Positions 8,997 to 18,260 of a stretch of DNA of 32,000 nt are shown piece by piece. Both the position numbers and the translations under genes were made by a program. The notes below the pieces were generated by a model. That model was not told where the DNA came from. It did not search any database and saw only the letters and a list, made by a program, of their open reading frames with translations. Source of the DNA: Acaryochloris marina S15 (GTDB lineage Bacteria > Cyanobacteriota > Cyanobacteriia > Thermosynechococcales > Thermosynechococcaceae); NCBI RefSeq assembly GCF_018336915.1, contig NZ_CP064923.1, positions 2,100,001 to 2,132,000 on the forward strand, written 5' to 3'. The stretch's first letter is position 1, and each line of letters opens with the position of its first letter.

Positions 8997-9476
8997 TTAT
9001 TTTTTTGGGCTTCCAAGATGAAGTTGAAATGCCATAAAATCCAACAAAATTTTCTGGTGGGGATAGGCTAGAGGGAATGTGCCTTGGGCTTTTTGGGAGT
9101 ATCGTTTGCTATCCTGAATTTCTTCAGGCGAGAAAAATCCCCAGTCCCAACCTTCCATGAGTTTCAATTCAGAAAGAGGGACTGTAAGGGGGGCATAGTA
9201 AACATGGCGAACGACGCCTGGATCAGGATAGAGATTAAATAGCTTAATGGTGGATGTGCGATAACCCAGTTCTTCCATAAGTTCTCGATGAATAGCATCG
9301 TCTGGATGTTCGCCCGGATCGCAATGCCCACCAAAAAAGCCCCAATGCCCTGGATAGGCAATACCTGGAATATCATCCCGAAGCTGCATTAAGTACTGAT
9401 CTTGCTGATACAGGATTGCGATCGCAACTGAATGCGATTTCTCTTCAGAACTCATGGGTACAGATTGCTCCTGCAT
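8997..9476 (-). CDS. NUDIX hydrolase
   Basis: Complete Nudix box GX5EX7REUXEEXGU is present: GGHCDPGEHPDDAIHRELMEELG. Confidence 0.88.
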   Translation of the reverse strand: MQEQSVPMSSEEKSHSVAIAILYQQDQYLMQLRDDIPGIAYPGHWGFFGGHCDPGEHPDDAIHRELMEELGYRTSTIKLFNLYPDPGVVRHVYYAPLTVPLSELKLMEGWDWGFFSPEEIQDSKRYSQKAQGTFPLAYPHQKILLDFMAFQLHLGSPKK

Positions 9477-9697
9477 AATCCCTGAAATCCTAGCTTAAAG
9501 CGGCGAGTAACACAGGCATTAAGCCCTACAAATCTCCAAAACTTCGCCCTTAAGCTTTTGAGTTCGCACCGGAGATACTGATTCTCAACCCTTGAAGGCG
9601 AATGAGATACTTTACTATGCCTTGCAACATCTGCTTGTTGAGTAAGCCTAGTCCAAACTCAAGACCTTAGTATCAACACTTTATACGTACCCAAATT

Positions 9698-9734
9698 GAG
9701 CGGAGTGCTATTTGTGAAGTGCAGCACTCCGCTC
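9698..9734 (-). terminator. Terminator-like hairpin downstream of infC
   Basis: Perfect 12-bp stem (gagcggagtgct / agcactccgctc) with a 13-nt loop, about 60 nt after the infC stop. The U-tract is weak on either strand. Confidence 0.4.
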
Positions 9735-9791
9735 ATTGAATTCTCGCTATCCTATACCCTCTTGCCTATACGCAAGAGAGAAAAAGCAGTG

Positions 9792-10283
9792 TTATACAGG
9801 CACAAGTTGAACAATCAACGCACGTCGATCAAAGATTTGAACCTCACTTACCTTGCTTAAATCCTCGATGACTCTCTGCAATAAGTCGGTGGCTCGGTCA
9901 CGATGCTGGTGTTCTCGGCCTCTCAAGCGCACTTGAAACTTGACACTGTCTCCCTTTTCAAGCCACTGCAAAGCCCGACTAATGCGGACCCCATAATCAG
10001 CTTCGCCCACATTTGGGCGGAGTTTTACTTCTTTCAGAGAAGGTTTAGAGGAAGACTGCTTCTGACGCTTCTTCTGCTCATATCGATACTTGCCAAAATC
10101 CATGATCTTGGCGACTGGTGCGTCCTCTCGCTCGGAGACGACCACCAAGTCCAGTTTGGCCTGCTGGGCCAGGGAAAGCGCTTCTTGTGTATCAACAATT
10201 CCTTGCTTAGTCCCTGTCTGATCGATCAGTAGGACTTTTTTGGCTAGGATTTTGTTATTGATGGAGGGTTTTTTCAGAATAAT
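9792..10283 (-). CDS. infC: Translation initiation factor IF-3, initiating at a non-canonical ATT (AUU) codon
   Basis: The ORF-track fragment encodes the IF-3 linker and C-domain (KIMDFGKYRYEQKKRQK...VKFQVRLRGREHQH). The in-frame upstream extension encodes the conserved N-domain (KVLLIDQTGTKQGIVDTQEALSLAQQAKLDLVVVS). No ATG/GTG/TTG lies between the in-frame TGA (10305-10307) and 10148. ATT ATT at 10283/10280 is preceded by GAGG with 5-nt spacing. Confidence 0.85.
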   Translation of the reverse strand: MILKKPSINNKILAKKVLLIDQTGTKQGIVDTQEALSLAQQAKLDLVVVSEREDAPVAKIMDFGKYRYEQKKRQKQSSSKPSLKEVKLRPNVGEADYGVRISRALQWLEKGDSVKFQVRLRGREHQHRDRATDLLQRVIEDLSKVSEVQIFDRRALIVQLVPV

Positions 10284-10483
10284 GTTGACCTCAAATCTAA
10301 AAGATCAGTATAGACACATTGCGATCATAACTGACTCTTACCCCCGTTTGGTTCTATCTACAGGATGACTTAGGGTCGAGTGTCGTTTAATTTTTGCCTA
10401 CTCCAAGCTAGCGGACGGTTACCTACAGATATTGGGTATTCTAAGTTCCACTTCGAGGGCTTGAGTAACGGGCAATAGACAAG

Positions 10484-11140
10484 GTGGAGATGGGCATCTT
10501 TCTCAGATATATATTGGCTTTTATGGTCGTTGCTGGCATTGCCATTAATTGCACTCTCTATTATTCAGTCAAAATGCTTTGTCAACCAGAACGCCTATTC
10601 GAGATAGTTTCAAACATTAACGACAGAAAGTTCAGTAAGGCTTTTCATAAGCTCAATGAATCAGCCAAGTCACTTTCCTTCTCTCATGAAGCCTTTTTCC
10701 TCTTTCATGGTGTTATTGGACCACCTTTGCTCTGCACATCATGGATTAATACACAAGAAAAAACGAGGATGTTGGCCTACCTAGGAGGTGGGGTGAAGAG
10801 CATAGATTTTGTCACAAAATATAGCGATATTCGCAGCCTGACAACGGCCTCAAGCAATGAGGCAATGTTACTGCCTTATCCGCCGTCCTATTATGTCCAA
10901 GCGTTTACGGGAATTGGCGTACATGCTCAATACCACAGACACCAAGAAGCAAGGACGTTAATTGAGACTAAGCTAAAGATTGCACCCATCATGCCTCATC
11001 AGGATGTGGTGAGTGGAGCATCAGTGGCAATGAAGAGGCAAGCGAAATATATTATGCGCTTGCCCTATTGGTACTTAAGAGGCGTCTATTGGTATTTAAT
11101 CCGCAGATACAATAGGGTTAATCGGAAAATAATCTTATAA
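10484..11140 (+). CDS. Hypothetical protein with N-terminal TM segment, no recognised domain
   Basis: 218-aa ORF with a GTG start and N-terminal hydrophobic helix (FLRYILAFMVVAGIAINCTLYY). No motif recognised; coding status is moderately supported by length only. Confidence 0.45.
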   Translation: MEMGIFLRYILAFMVVAGIAINCTLYYSVKMLCQPERLFEIVSNINDRKFSKAFHKLNESAKSLSFSHEAFFLFHGVIGPPLLCTSWINTQEKTRMLAYLGGGVKSIDFVTKYSDIRSLTTASSNEAMLLPYPPSYYVQAFTGIGVHAQYHRHQEARTLIETKLKIAPIMPHQDVVSGASVAMKRQAKYIMRLPYWYLRGVYWYLIRRYNRVNRKIIL

Positions 11141-11180
11141 CAGCTTTCCAAGCTCAATAACCGCAAGGAGAAACCGATGG

Positions 11181-11355
11181 AATCACTGCATTTGCAAATG
11201 ATAGTCCTGAATGACTTTCACATTCATCGTTTCTAATTGCAGCGATCGCAACGCTGCTGCCGTCGCCCCTGCAATCGTCGTCTTATAGGCTAGGGCAGAC
11301 CGTCAAATCAAGCGACTATCAGCATGGGTATTGGCAGATGGCGTAAAATATCCAC
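11181..11355 (-). pseudogene. Decayed duplicate of the carB 3' end (last ~57 codons)
   Basis: Manual alignment to 12551-12735 shows colinear high identity, starting 2 nt outside the stop codon. In the carB frame it reads [52 protein letters not shown]. True carB reads [61 protein letters not shown]. Differences are an internal TGA (11303-11305) and two in-frame deletions (12 nt and 6 nt). Confidence 0.85.
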
Positions 11356-11457
11356 AAAACCTGAGATTTGCGCCCATTAGATTAAGCAGACAGCTAAACT
11401 TATCGTCACCAGAAAACGCATCTCAGAGACTTTAAAGACAAGTGAAGAGGGGCAAAA

Positions 11458-12537
11458 ATGAGAGAAAAAAGCTGGTATAGGGTTCTATCGAGGGCAATAA
11501 AAAACGATCTTTCTCACAGGCTTCGACGCTGGCAGTTACTGGTATTAGCCGCAGGTTTAACCTTTAGTATGGTGCTGTTGGGGACTAGTGCGATGGCCTT
11601 AGGCCGGTCGGTGATCAGCGCACAAATGGATCTTCCTCAAACTAAAGCTGAAACAGGACCAACCAATGCCGCCGTCTATCACTTTAAAGTGGGCGACTTT
11701 AAGGCCATGGTGGTGAGTGACGGTACCCTATCCTTTCCACCAAACTTCTTTGTGCCCAAAGCCGACCCCAAGGCAGTGACAGCAGTACTGAAGGAACATT
11801 TTCTCGCAACCAAAGATGTTTTAGCCCATATCAATGCCCTATACCTTGAAACCGATGAACATAAAGTTCTGATCGATACAGGCGCAGGGACTGCCTTTGG
11901 TCCCACCGCTGGTCATCTGCTGGAAAATCTTGAAGCCGCAGGTATTACTGCCCAAGAAATTGACACGGTTATTTTGACCCATGCCCACCCAGACCATATC
12001 GGCGGTATTTTAGATCCTAAGGGCCAGCTGCGCTTACCCAATGCCCAGTTCTATATCTCCCAGGCAGAGTCTGACTTTTGGATGGCGGACACCGTGGAAC
12101 TGCCCAAATCCCTATTAGACAAGGAAACAAAAGCTGGGACGATTATGGGGGCCAAGAAGAGACTAAGCGCTATTCAAGATCGGACGACCCTATTTGCCAT
12201 GGGCAGTGAGGTCATTCCCCATATTCAAGCCGTTGATTCTACGGGGCATACTCCCGGACAAGCTTCCTTCCTCATTACTTCCGGTGAAGACAGTCTACTC
12301 ACCACTGGAGACGTTTTCTTTAGCGATCCTCTTAACTTGGAGAACCCAGACTGGGAAGTGGCCTTTGATGGTGACCCTGAACAAGGTGTAATCGCTCGTC
12401 GTCAGTTACTGGAAACGGTTACTGCTCAGCGCCGTCTGCTGTTGGTGCCCCATATGCCCTTCCCAGGGCTGGGTCACGTCAGAACTCAAGGGGATGCCTA
12501 TGGGTGGGAGCCAGTTGTCTGGCGGTTTGCCGTTTAG
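11458..12537 (+). CDS. Exported MBL-fold metallo-hydrolase (lactamase_B superfamily)
   Basis: HxHxDH motif (ILTHAHPDHIGG) plus downstream His/Asp ligand candidates (STGHTPG, TTGDVF, PHMPFPG). The N-terminus has RR followed by a hydrophobic stretch ending AMALG (signal/Tat-like). A good SD (GAAGAGGGG) precedes the ATG. Confidence 0.85.
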   Translation: MREKSWYRVLSRAIKNDLSHRLRRWQLLVLAAGLTFSMVLLGTSAMALGRSVISAQMDLPQTKAETGPTNAAVYHFKVGDFKAMVVSDGTLSFPPNFFVPKADPKAVTAVLKEHFLATKDVLAHINALYLETDEHKVLIDTGAGTAFGPTAGHLLENLEAAGITAQEIDTVILTHAHPDHIGGILDPKGQLRLPNAQFYISQAESDFWMADTVELPKSLLDKETKAGTIMGAKKRLSAIQDRTTLFAMGSEVIPHIQAVDSTGHTPGQASFLITSGEDSLLTTGDVFFSDPLNLENPDWEVAFDGDPEQGVIARRQLLETVTAQRRLLLVPHMPFPGLGHVRTQGDAYGWEPVVWRFAV

Positions 12538-12552
12538 CTGATCCATTAAAAA

Positions 12553-15500
12553 TCACTGCATTTGCAGGTGATAGTCCTGAATAGCTTTGACATCCATTGT
12601 TTCTGATTGCAGCGATCGCAACGCTGCTGCCGTCGCCTTTGCTCCCGCAATCGTTGTAATCAGTGGAATCTTATAGGCTAGAGCCGACCGTCGAATCAAA
12701 CGGCCATCGGCATGGGCATCACTGCCGGAGGGCGTATTGAGAATTAGCTGCACCTGACGATTTTTGATCAAATCTAGAACATTGGGGCGGCCTTCATGCA
12801 GTTTTAGTACTGGAGTCACCTCAAAGCCTTCTGCCTCTAGAACCTTTTGAGTTCCGGCTGTCGCCACCAATTTGAATCCTAAGTCAATTAAATCCTTGGC
12901 AATGGGGATCACCGCTTGCTTATCTCGATCCGTCATGGAGACAAAAACCGATCCCGATTGGGGTAGATCCTGATGGGCCGAGAGCTGAGATTTGGCAAAG
13001 GCTTTACCAAAATCAGTATCAATCCCCATTGCCTCACCTGTAGAACGCATTTCGGGGCCTAAAATCGTGTCGGTGCCAGGGAATTTAGCAAAGGGCAATA
13101 CTGCCTCTTTCACAGAGATATGCTGAGGAATTCGCTCCTTTGTGATCCCTAGTTCCGCTAGTGTTTGGCCTGACATCAACCGAGCTGCAACTTGAGCGAT
13201 GGGCAAGCCAATTGCTTTAGAGACAAAGGGGACTGTGCGAGAAGCTCTGGGATTGGCTTCCAAGATATAGACCTGCTCCCCCTGGACAGCAAATTGCAGG
13301 TTCATTAAGCCAATAACATTAAGCTGTTGTGCAAGCTGCTTACTCCACTGTCGGATCGTCGCTAGGGTTTCTTCTCCTAGGGATAGGGTAGGGATTGCAC
13401 AGGCAGAATCGCCCGAATGAACACCTGCTTGCTCGATATGCTCCATAATGCCGCCGATCACAACTTCACCAGTACGATCTGCGATCGCATCTACGTCTAC
13501 TTCAATGGCATCTTCTAAAAACTTGTCCACCAAGATGGGGTGATCTGGTTCTATTTGGACCGCAAAGGTCATATAGCGCTCTAGTTCTTCATCTGAGTAG
13601 ACAATCTCCATTGCCCGTCCCCCCAGCACATAGCTGGGCCGCACCACCACGGGATATTGGATTCGCTGGGCCACTTCAATGGCTTCCTGGTTGCTGCGGG
13701 CAATCCCATTGGGTGGCTGTGTGATGTTGAGGGTATGGAGAATCTGCTCGAATCGCTCCCGATCCTCGGCGATATCAATGGAGTCTGGCGATGTGCCCCA
13801 AATCTTGGGACCGTCAGGCTTCTCTTGTAAATAGGTTTGCAGTGGCACCGCCAACTTTAGGGGAGTTTGACCACCAAACTGGATGATAATCCCTTCTGGA
13901 TTTTCCGCCTCCAAAATATTGAGCACATCTTCTTTAGTCAGGGGTTCAAAATAAAGGCGATCACTGGTGTCATAATCCGTGGATACGGTTTCCGGGTTGG
14001 AGTTGACCATGATCGTCTCAAAATCATCCGCCTGCAAAGCATAGGACGCATGGCAACAGCAGTAGTCAAACTCAATACCTTGGCCAATCCGATTCGGCCC
14101 CGACCCCAGAATGATTACCTTACGGCGATCGGAGGGCAACACTTCCGATTCCTGCTCATAGGTGGAATAGTAATAGGGGGTCAAAGCTTCAAACTCAGCC
14201 GCGCAGGTATCTACCGTTTTATAGGCAGGCACCACCCCTAGCTGTTTCCGATAGGTGCGGACTTCATCTTCGCTGGCTAAGGTGGCGAAGGCAATCTGTG
14301 GATCGCTAAATCCTTGCTGCTTAATCTGCCACATCAAGTCTGCTGTCACATCGTACAGATTGGTTTGCTTAAGATAGTTTTCAGTGGTTAGCAGTTCCTG
14401 AAAATGCCAAAGGAACCAGGGGTCAATTCCCGTAATCTCATAAATTTCTTCAACGCTGATATCCGCCTGCAAGGCATGGCGAACAGTATAGATACGGTCA
14501 GGGTTAGGATTTCGGAGGCTAGCCCGAATCTGCTCTAGACTCGGCAGGTTCTCAGCCTGGTCACATCCCCAGCCAAATCGTCCTGTTTCTAACGACCGTA
14601 GAGCCTTCTGAAACGATTCTAGAAAGGTGCGGCCAATGGCCATCGCCTCGCCCACAGATTTCATCTGCGTGGTTAACGTAGGTTCTGAACCGGGAAACTT
14701 TTCAAAAGCAAACCGAGGAATTTTAGTGACGACATAGTCGATGCTGGGCTCAAAGCTTGCTGGGGTTTTGCGCGTAATATCATTGGGAATTTCGCTAAGA
14801 GCATAGCCAACCGCCAATTTGGCTGCGAACTTAGCAATAGGGAATCCGGTAGCCTTGGACGCGAGGGCGGAAGAACGAGACACCCGAGGATTCATCTCAA
14901 TGACAACCACATCGCCATCGACAGGATTCACTGCAAACTGAATATTTGATCCACCCGTTTCTACCCCGATTTCGCGGATGATCTTAATAGAAGCATCCCG
15001 CAATCGCTGATATTCCTTATCCGTCAGAGTTTGGGCTGGGGCAACGGTAATCGAGTCCCCCGTATGTACGCCCATCGGATCGATATTCTCGATGGAGCAA
15101 ATAATCACCACATTGTCGGCTAGATCCCGCATGACTTCCAGCTCATACTCTTTCCAGCCAATCAGGGACTTCTCAATCAAAATTTGAGAAACGGGGCTGG
15201 CATCGAGACCACTCTGGGAAATCGCTTCAAATTCTTCTTGGTTATAGGCAATGCCACCCCCCGTCCCCCCTAAAGTAAAGGCAGGGCGAATGATTAAAGG
15301 ATAGGTGCCAATCTCTTGGGCAATTTGCTGGGATTCTGCCATGGTTTCGGCTAAACCCGATGGACAAACACCTAAGCCAATCCGCCCCATGGCTTCTTTA
15401 AATAGCTTGCGGTCTTCAGCCATTTCAATGGCCGGGAGTTTGGCTCCAATGAGCTCCACACCATATTTATCTAAAACTCCAGTCTTGGCTAAAGTGACCG

Positions 15501-15795
15501 CCAAGTTCAAAGCAGTTTGGCCGCCCATCGTTGGCAACAAGGCATCCGGTCGTTCTTTGGCGATCACCTTTTCGACCAATTCGGGGGTTAGGGGTTCAAT
15601 ATAGATCCGCTCCGCTGTTTCTGGATCCGTCATAATCGTGGCTGGATTAGAGTTAATCAACACCACTTCATATCCTTCGTCCCGCAATGCTTTGCAGGCT
15701 TGGGTACCGGAATAGTCAAATTCACAGGCTTGCCCAATCACAATTGGCCCAGAACCAATCAGCAGGATTTTGTGCAGATCATCACGGCGAGGCAT
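12553..15795 (-). CDS. carB: Carbamoyl-phosphate synthase large subunit
   Basis: 1080-aa ORF with two ATP-grasp halves and diagnostic N-termini of each half ([25 protein letters not shown] and [25 protein letters not shown]), plus a C-terminal MGS-like allosteric domain. Confidence 0.98.
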   Translation of the reverse strand: MPRRDDLHKILLIGSGPIVIGQACEFDYSGTQACKALRDEGYEVVLINSNPATIMTDPETAERIYIEPLTPELVEKVIAKERPDALLPTMGGQTALNLAVTLAKTGVLDKYGVELIGAKLPAIEMAEDRKLFKEAMGRIGLGVCPSGLAETMAESQQIAQEIGTYPLIIRPAFTLGGTGGGIAYNQEEFEAISQSGLDASPVSQILIEKSLIGWKEYELEVMRDLADNVVIICSIENIDPMGVHTGDSITVAPAQTLTDKEYQRLRDASIKIIREIGVETGGSNIQFAVNPVDGDVVVIEMNPRVSRSSALASKATGFPIAKFAAKLAVGYALSEIPNDITRKTPASFEPSIDYVVTKIPRFAFEKFPGSEPTLTTQMKSVGEAMAIGRTFLESFQKALRSLETGRFGWGCDQAENLPSLEQIRASLRNPNPDRIYTVRHALQADISVEEIYEITGIDPWFLWHFQELLTTENYLKQTNLYDVTADLMWQIKQQGFSDPQIAFATLASEDEVRTYRKQLGVVPAYKTVDTCAAEFEALTPYYYSTYEQESEVLPSDRRKVIILGSGPNRIGQGIEFDYCCCHASYALQADDFETIMVNSNPETVSTDYDTSDRLYFEPLTKEDVLNILEAENPEGIIIQFGGQTPLKLAVPLQTYLQEKPDGPKIWGTSPDSIDIAEDRERFEQILHTLNITQPPNGIARSNQEAIEVAQRIQYPVVVRPSYVLGGRAMEIVYSDEELERYMTFAVQIEPDHPILVDKFLEDAIEVDVDAIADRTGEVVIGGIMEHIEQAGVHSGDSACAIPTLSLGEETLATIRQWSKQLAQQLNVIGLMNLQFAVQGEQVYILEANPRASRTVPFVSKAIGLPIAQVAARLMSGQTLAELGITKERIPQHISVKEAVLPFAKFPGTDTILGPEMRSTGEAMGIDTDFGKAFAKSQLSAHQDLPQSGSVFVSMTDRDKQAVIPIAKDLIDLGFKLVATAGTQKVLEAEGFEVTPVLKLHEGRPNVLDLIKNRQVQLILNTPSGSDAHADGRLIRRSALAYKIPLITTIAGAKATAAALRSLQSETMDVKAIQDYHLQMQ

Positions 15796-16309
15796 AAGCT
15801 AGGAACTTCTCAGAAATAGGCAGGTCGGGAATTGTGGATGAGTCCGGGGCAATCCTTCTCAGGTGTAGTCAGGGACTTCAATTTCCACTTCTAAGGATTG
15901 TGACATTCTCTGGTTTGAACCGCTAGTCAATCTTGATGATTCGGCATCCTGAATGGATTCAAGGCTAGCGATTACACAGGGTTGTTTTGAGTTCGCAGTG
16001 AGAAAATCACATTAATTCGGTTAGCAAGCTTAGCCATAGCGGTTTTGAGAGATTTATAACCCTTTAAACGCAATAGCATTGATCACAAGGGTTCTGAGTA
16101 TGGACTACCCAATCCTGTTCTTTTTCTGAGGTTCAAATCTTTGATGAACCTACAGAATTGGCGCAATAAATTTCTCTTGCCCCATCAGTGTTAGCTTCAT
16201 CCCCTGGATGACCAGCTATCTTCTCTCTCAGGTTGTCCTTAGATTTTTCCTCTAAGCTAGAGCCATGAATTTGGGCAGAAACATTAGAGACTGAAGGGGG
16301 CGGCAGCTT

Positions 16310-17362
16310 ATGAAACGACGTCAGGCATTAAAGCGACTTTTGCAAGCATCCGGTGGTATGGTTGCCACACTCCTGCCAGGATGTGTCAACTCTCAGCACT
16401 TACGTCTCTTATTTGCCGTAGAACCCCAGCAATTTGATCAACCCTTACCGGAACATCGGGTTACTCCCGTAGGAGAGTTTTATGTGCAGTCCTACGCGTC
16501 ACCCCCTGAAGTCAATCTCGATACTTGGCAATTGCAGTTTACGGGACTGGTGGATCAACCCCTGACCCTAAAATTTACCGATATTTTAGCGGCACCCCAA
16601 GCAGACTTTTATTTAACGATGGAGTGCATTGGCAATCGCACCGGGGGAAAACAAATCGGCAATGCCCTATGGATGGGGACGCCTTTATTGCCGTTTCTTA
16701 AGCAAGTAGGTGTGCAGGACAAGGCGGTTGAGTTTATGCTCCATGGTGCTGATTCCTATGAGACGACTTTGCCCGTTGCCGATTTGATGAGATCGGATGT
16801 GCAGCTCGTGCATCGAATGAATGGGGAGCCGCTAACGAGATCCCATGGTTTTCCCCTGCGAATCATCATTCCGGGGCGGTATGGCCAGAAGCAACCGAAA
16901 TGGCTGACAGAAATCGAGGCCATTGCTACTCCCAAAAAAGGATACTGGGAACGTCAAGGCTGGTCGAATACCGCAAAAATCGCGACCCATGCTATTGCCC
17001 AGAAGGTCCAAGGGGAGAAGGTTTGGAATAAAAACTACCATATTGATCTGCCCCGAATGGGAGAGAGCGGATGGCAGGGAGGGGTCACCCTTGCAGGTGT
17101 GGCGATTGATCAGGCTCAGCCGATGGAGTGGGTCAGAATTAGTACGGATAATGGGCAGACCTGGATGCAAGCAGATATCAATCAGCCCAGTTCTCCCCAT
17201 GAATGGACTCTCTGGCAGTATCTTTGGCAGCCGACTCAACCGGGGACCTATAAGCTGCTGGCCCAGGCAAAGTCGCGAACTGAAACGCAAAAAATCATAG
17301 ATAAAAATGGCAAAGATGGCAGTGCTGGCATCTTAAGAATTTCAGTCAACCTAGAACCTTAA
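16310..17362 (+). CDS. Sulfite-oxidase-family molybdopterin oxidoreductase with Tat/lipoprotein-like signal
   Basis: N-terminal twin-arginine motif (MKRRQALKRLL) followed by LLPGC (lipobox-like). The Mo-ligand cysteine context is MECIGNRTGG. The catalytic-domain motif is HGFPLRIIIPGRYG. The C-terminal Ig-like Moco-dimerisation-type domain reads VRISTDNGQTWMQA...W.LW.Y.W.P..PG.Y.L.A.A. Confidence 0.8.
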   Translation: MKRRQALKRLLQASGGMVATLLPGCVNSQHLRLLFAVEPQQFDQPLPEHRVTPVGEFYVQSYASPPEVNLDTWQLQFTGLVDQPLTLKFTDILAAPQADFYLTMECIGNRTGGKQIGNALWMGTPLLPFLKQVGVQDKAVEFMLHGADSYETTLPVADLMRSDVQLVHRMNGEPLTRSHGFPLRIIIPGRYGQKQPKWLTEIEAIATPKKGYWERQGWSNTAKIATHAIAQKVQGEKVWNKNYHIDLPRMGESGWQGGVTLAGVAIDQAQPMEWVRISTDNGQTWMQADINQPSSPHEWTLWQYLWQPTQPGTYKLLAQAKSRTETQKIIDKNGKDGSAGILRISVNLEP

Positions 17363-17657
17363 ATGGATGAGAAGACTCAGCTAAAAAATATTTTTGGATT
17401 GGCAGAGGATTGCAATTTTTGAATAATTTAATTGCAGTTTCTGCATAATGCCGCCATTGAAATCATCAAACCGTAAGAACGGTTACAGAATCCCTCTACT
17501 AAGAATTGCTAACTTAAGTAAACATAACGAACAAGCATGCTGATAACAGCAGGTTTGAGCTTGTACCCAATGCGTTTCAAAGCCCAAGATTTAGCAGTGG
17601 TGATGGCTGGCCCTAGTAGGCTTTCTACTTGTTTTATTTCACTTCTCGACATCTCCT

Positions 17658-17810
17658 ATGAACAGCAGATCACCTTTACTCTATGCAACCTTAATCGGGT
17701 TTTTTGCCGGAATTGGTCATGGTTTTGTATCCCACAATACCGATTTACCCTTGTCCCTAACCGATCAGTTTCTCCAGCCTTTTCAGATTAGCCAAGTTCC
17801 AGAAGAGTAA
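17658..17810 (+). CDS. Candidate 50-aa single-TM small protein (below ORF-track cutoff)
   Basis: The ATG at 17658 opens MNSRSPLLYATLIGFFAGIGHGFVSHNTDLPLSLTDQFLQPFQISQVPEE*. It has one plausible TM helix and looks more protein-like than the overlapping 84-aa track ORF. No SD or homology support. Confidence 0.25.
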   Translation: MNSRSPLLYATLIGFFAGIGHGFVSHNTDLPLSLTDQFLQPFQISQVPEE

Positions 17811-17893
17811 AGCTTTTATAAAGGGTATCGATTTATACGGAATAAACTGAGAAGATACTAAGATTGAATGTTTCAATCTTGGGCTATATAGAA

Positions 17894-18106
17894 ATGTATT
17901 CGCATACTCAGTCTTCTAATTCTGATCGCGTCCTTGGTGCATCCCTAGCCGCTTTCTCGATACTGGCAGTTGGCTTTTCAGCCTTCGTTGTAGGTTATTC
18001 TTTGACCCGCTCCTCTCTTCAAGGAAATACTGCGAACGCAAACACAGTCGTTCACGAGGGTGTTGTTCCTCATCAAGGCACTCTCTGGCAAGATGTCGGT
18101 CAGTAA
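17894..18106 (+). CDS. Candidate small membrane protein (70 aa)
   Basis: The ATG at 17894 opens MYSHTQSSNSDRVLGASLAAFSILAVGFSAFVVGYSL... with one TM helix. It is followed about 30 nt later by a strong hairpin. No homology recognised. Confidence 0.35.
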   Translation: MYSHTQSSNSDRVLGASLAAFSILAVGFSAFVVGYSLTRSSLQGNTANANTVVHEGVVPHQGTLWQDVGQ

Positions 18107-18138
18107 GACGGATGATATAGCTTAAATAATTTTGATGA

Positions 18139-18178
18139 GAACTTCATGCTGCACTGTTAATTAGCCAGCATGAAGTTC
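18139..18178. terminator. Strong hairpin between convergent genes (possible bidirectional terminator)
   Basis: Perfect 13-bp stem (gaacttcatgctg / cagcatgaagttc) with a 14-nt loop, located between the + small ORF and the - MAPEG gene. U-tracts are imperfect on both strands. Confidence 0.5.
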
Positions 18179-18260
18179 TTGTGGTGGCGATAGTCGTAGC
18201 TTTTTTTGTCTAAAGGCTTGTTACTTATACGGGAGTGGTGTGGCATCTAAGGACAGGTTG

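Noticed and set aside
9477-9791. Absence of rpmI-rplT downstream of infC, and a tRNA-like GAGTTCGCACC segment in the 315-bp spacer
   Set aside because: The infC-rpmI-rplT linkage is not universal, so its absence is not anomalous by itself. The segment lacks a cloverleaf and the T-loop consensus GGTTCGA, so I make no tRNA call.
13581-15604. ORFs inside or antisense to carB (13581..13778 -, 13867..14241 +, 15305..15604 +)
   Set aside because: They are fully embedded in a highly conserved, unambiguous carB reading frame, and their translations have no protein-like features.
16150-16309. Possible Moco riboswitch upstream of the molybdoenzyme gene
   Set aside because: I looked for the conserved CCGAGCC/AAAGG-type core elements as I remember them and did not find them. 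An Rfam scan would be needed to exclude it formally.
17537-17791. 84-aa plus-strand ORF
   Set aside because: The translation looks non-protein-like (Cys/Phe/Arg scatter, no TM or motif). An overlapping 50-aa frame looks more plausible, and even that gets only low confidence.
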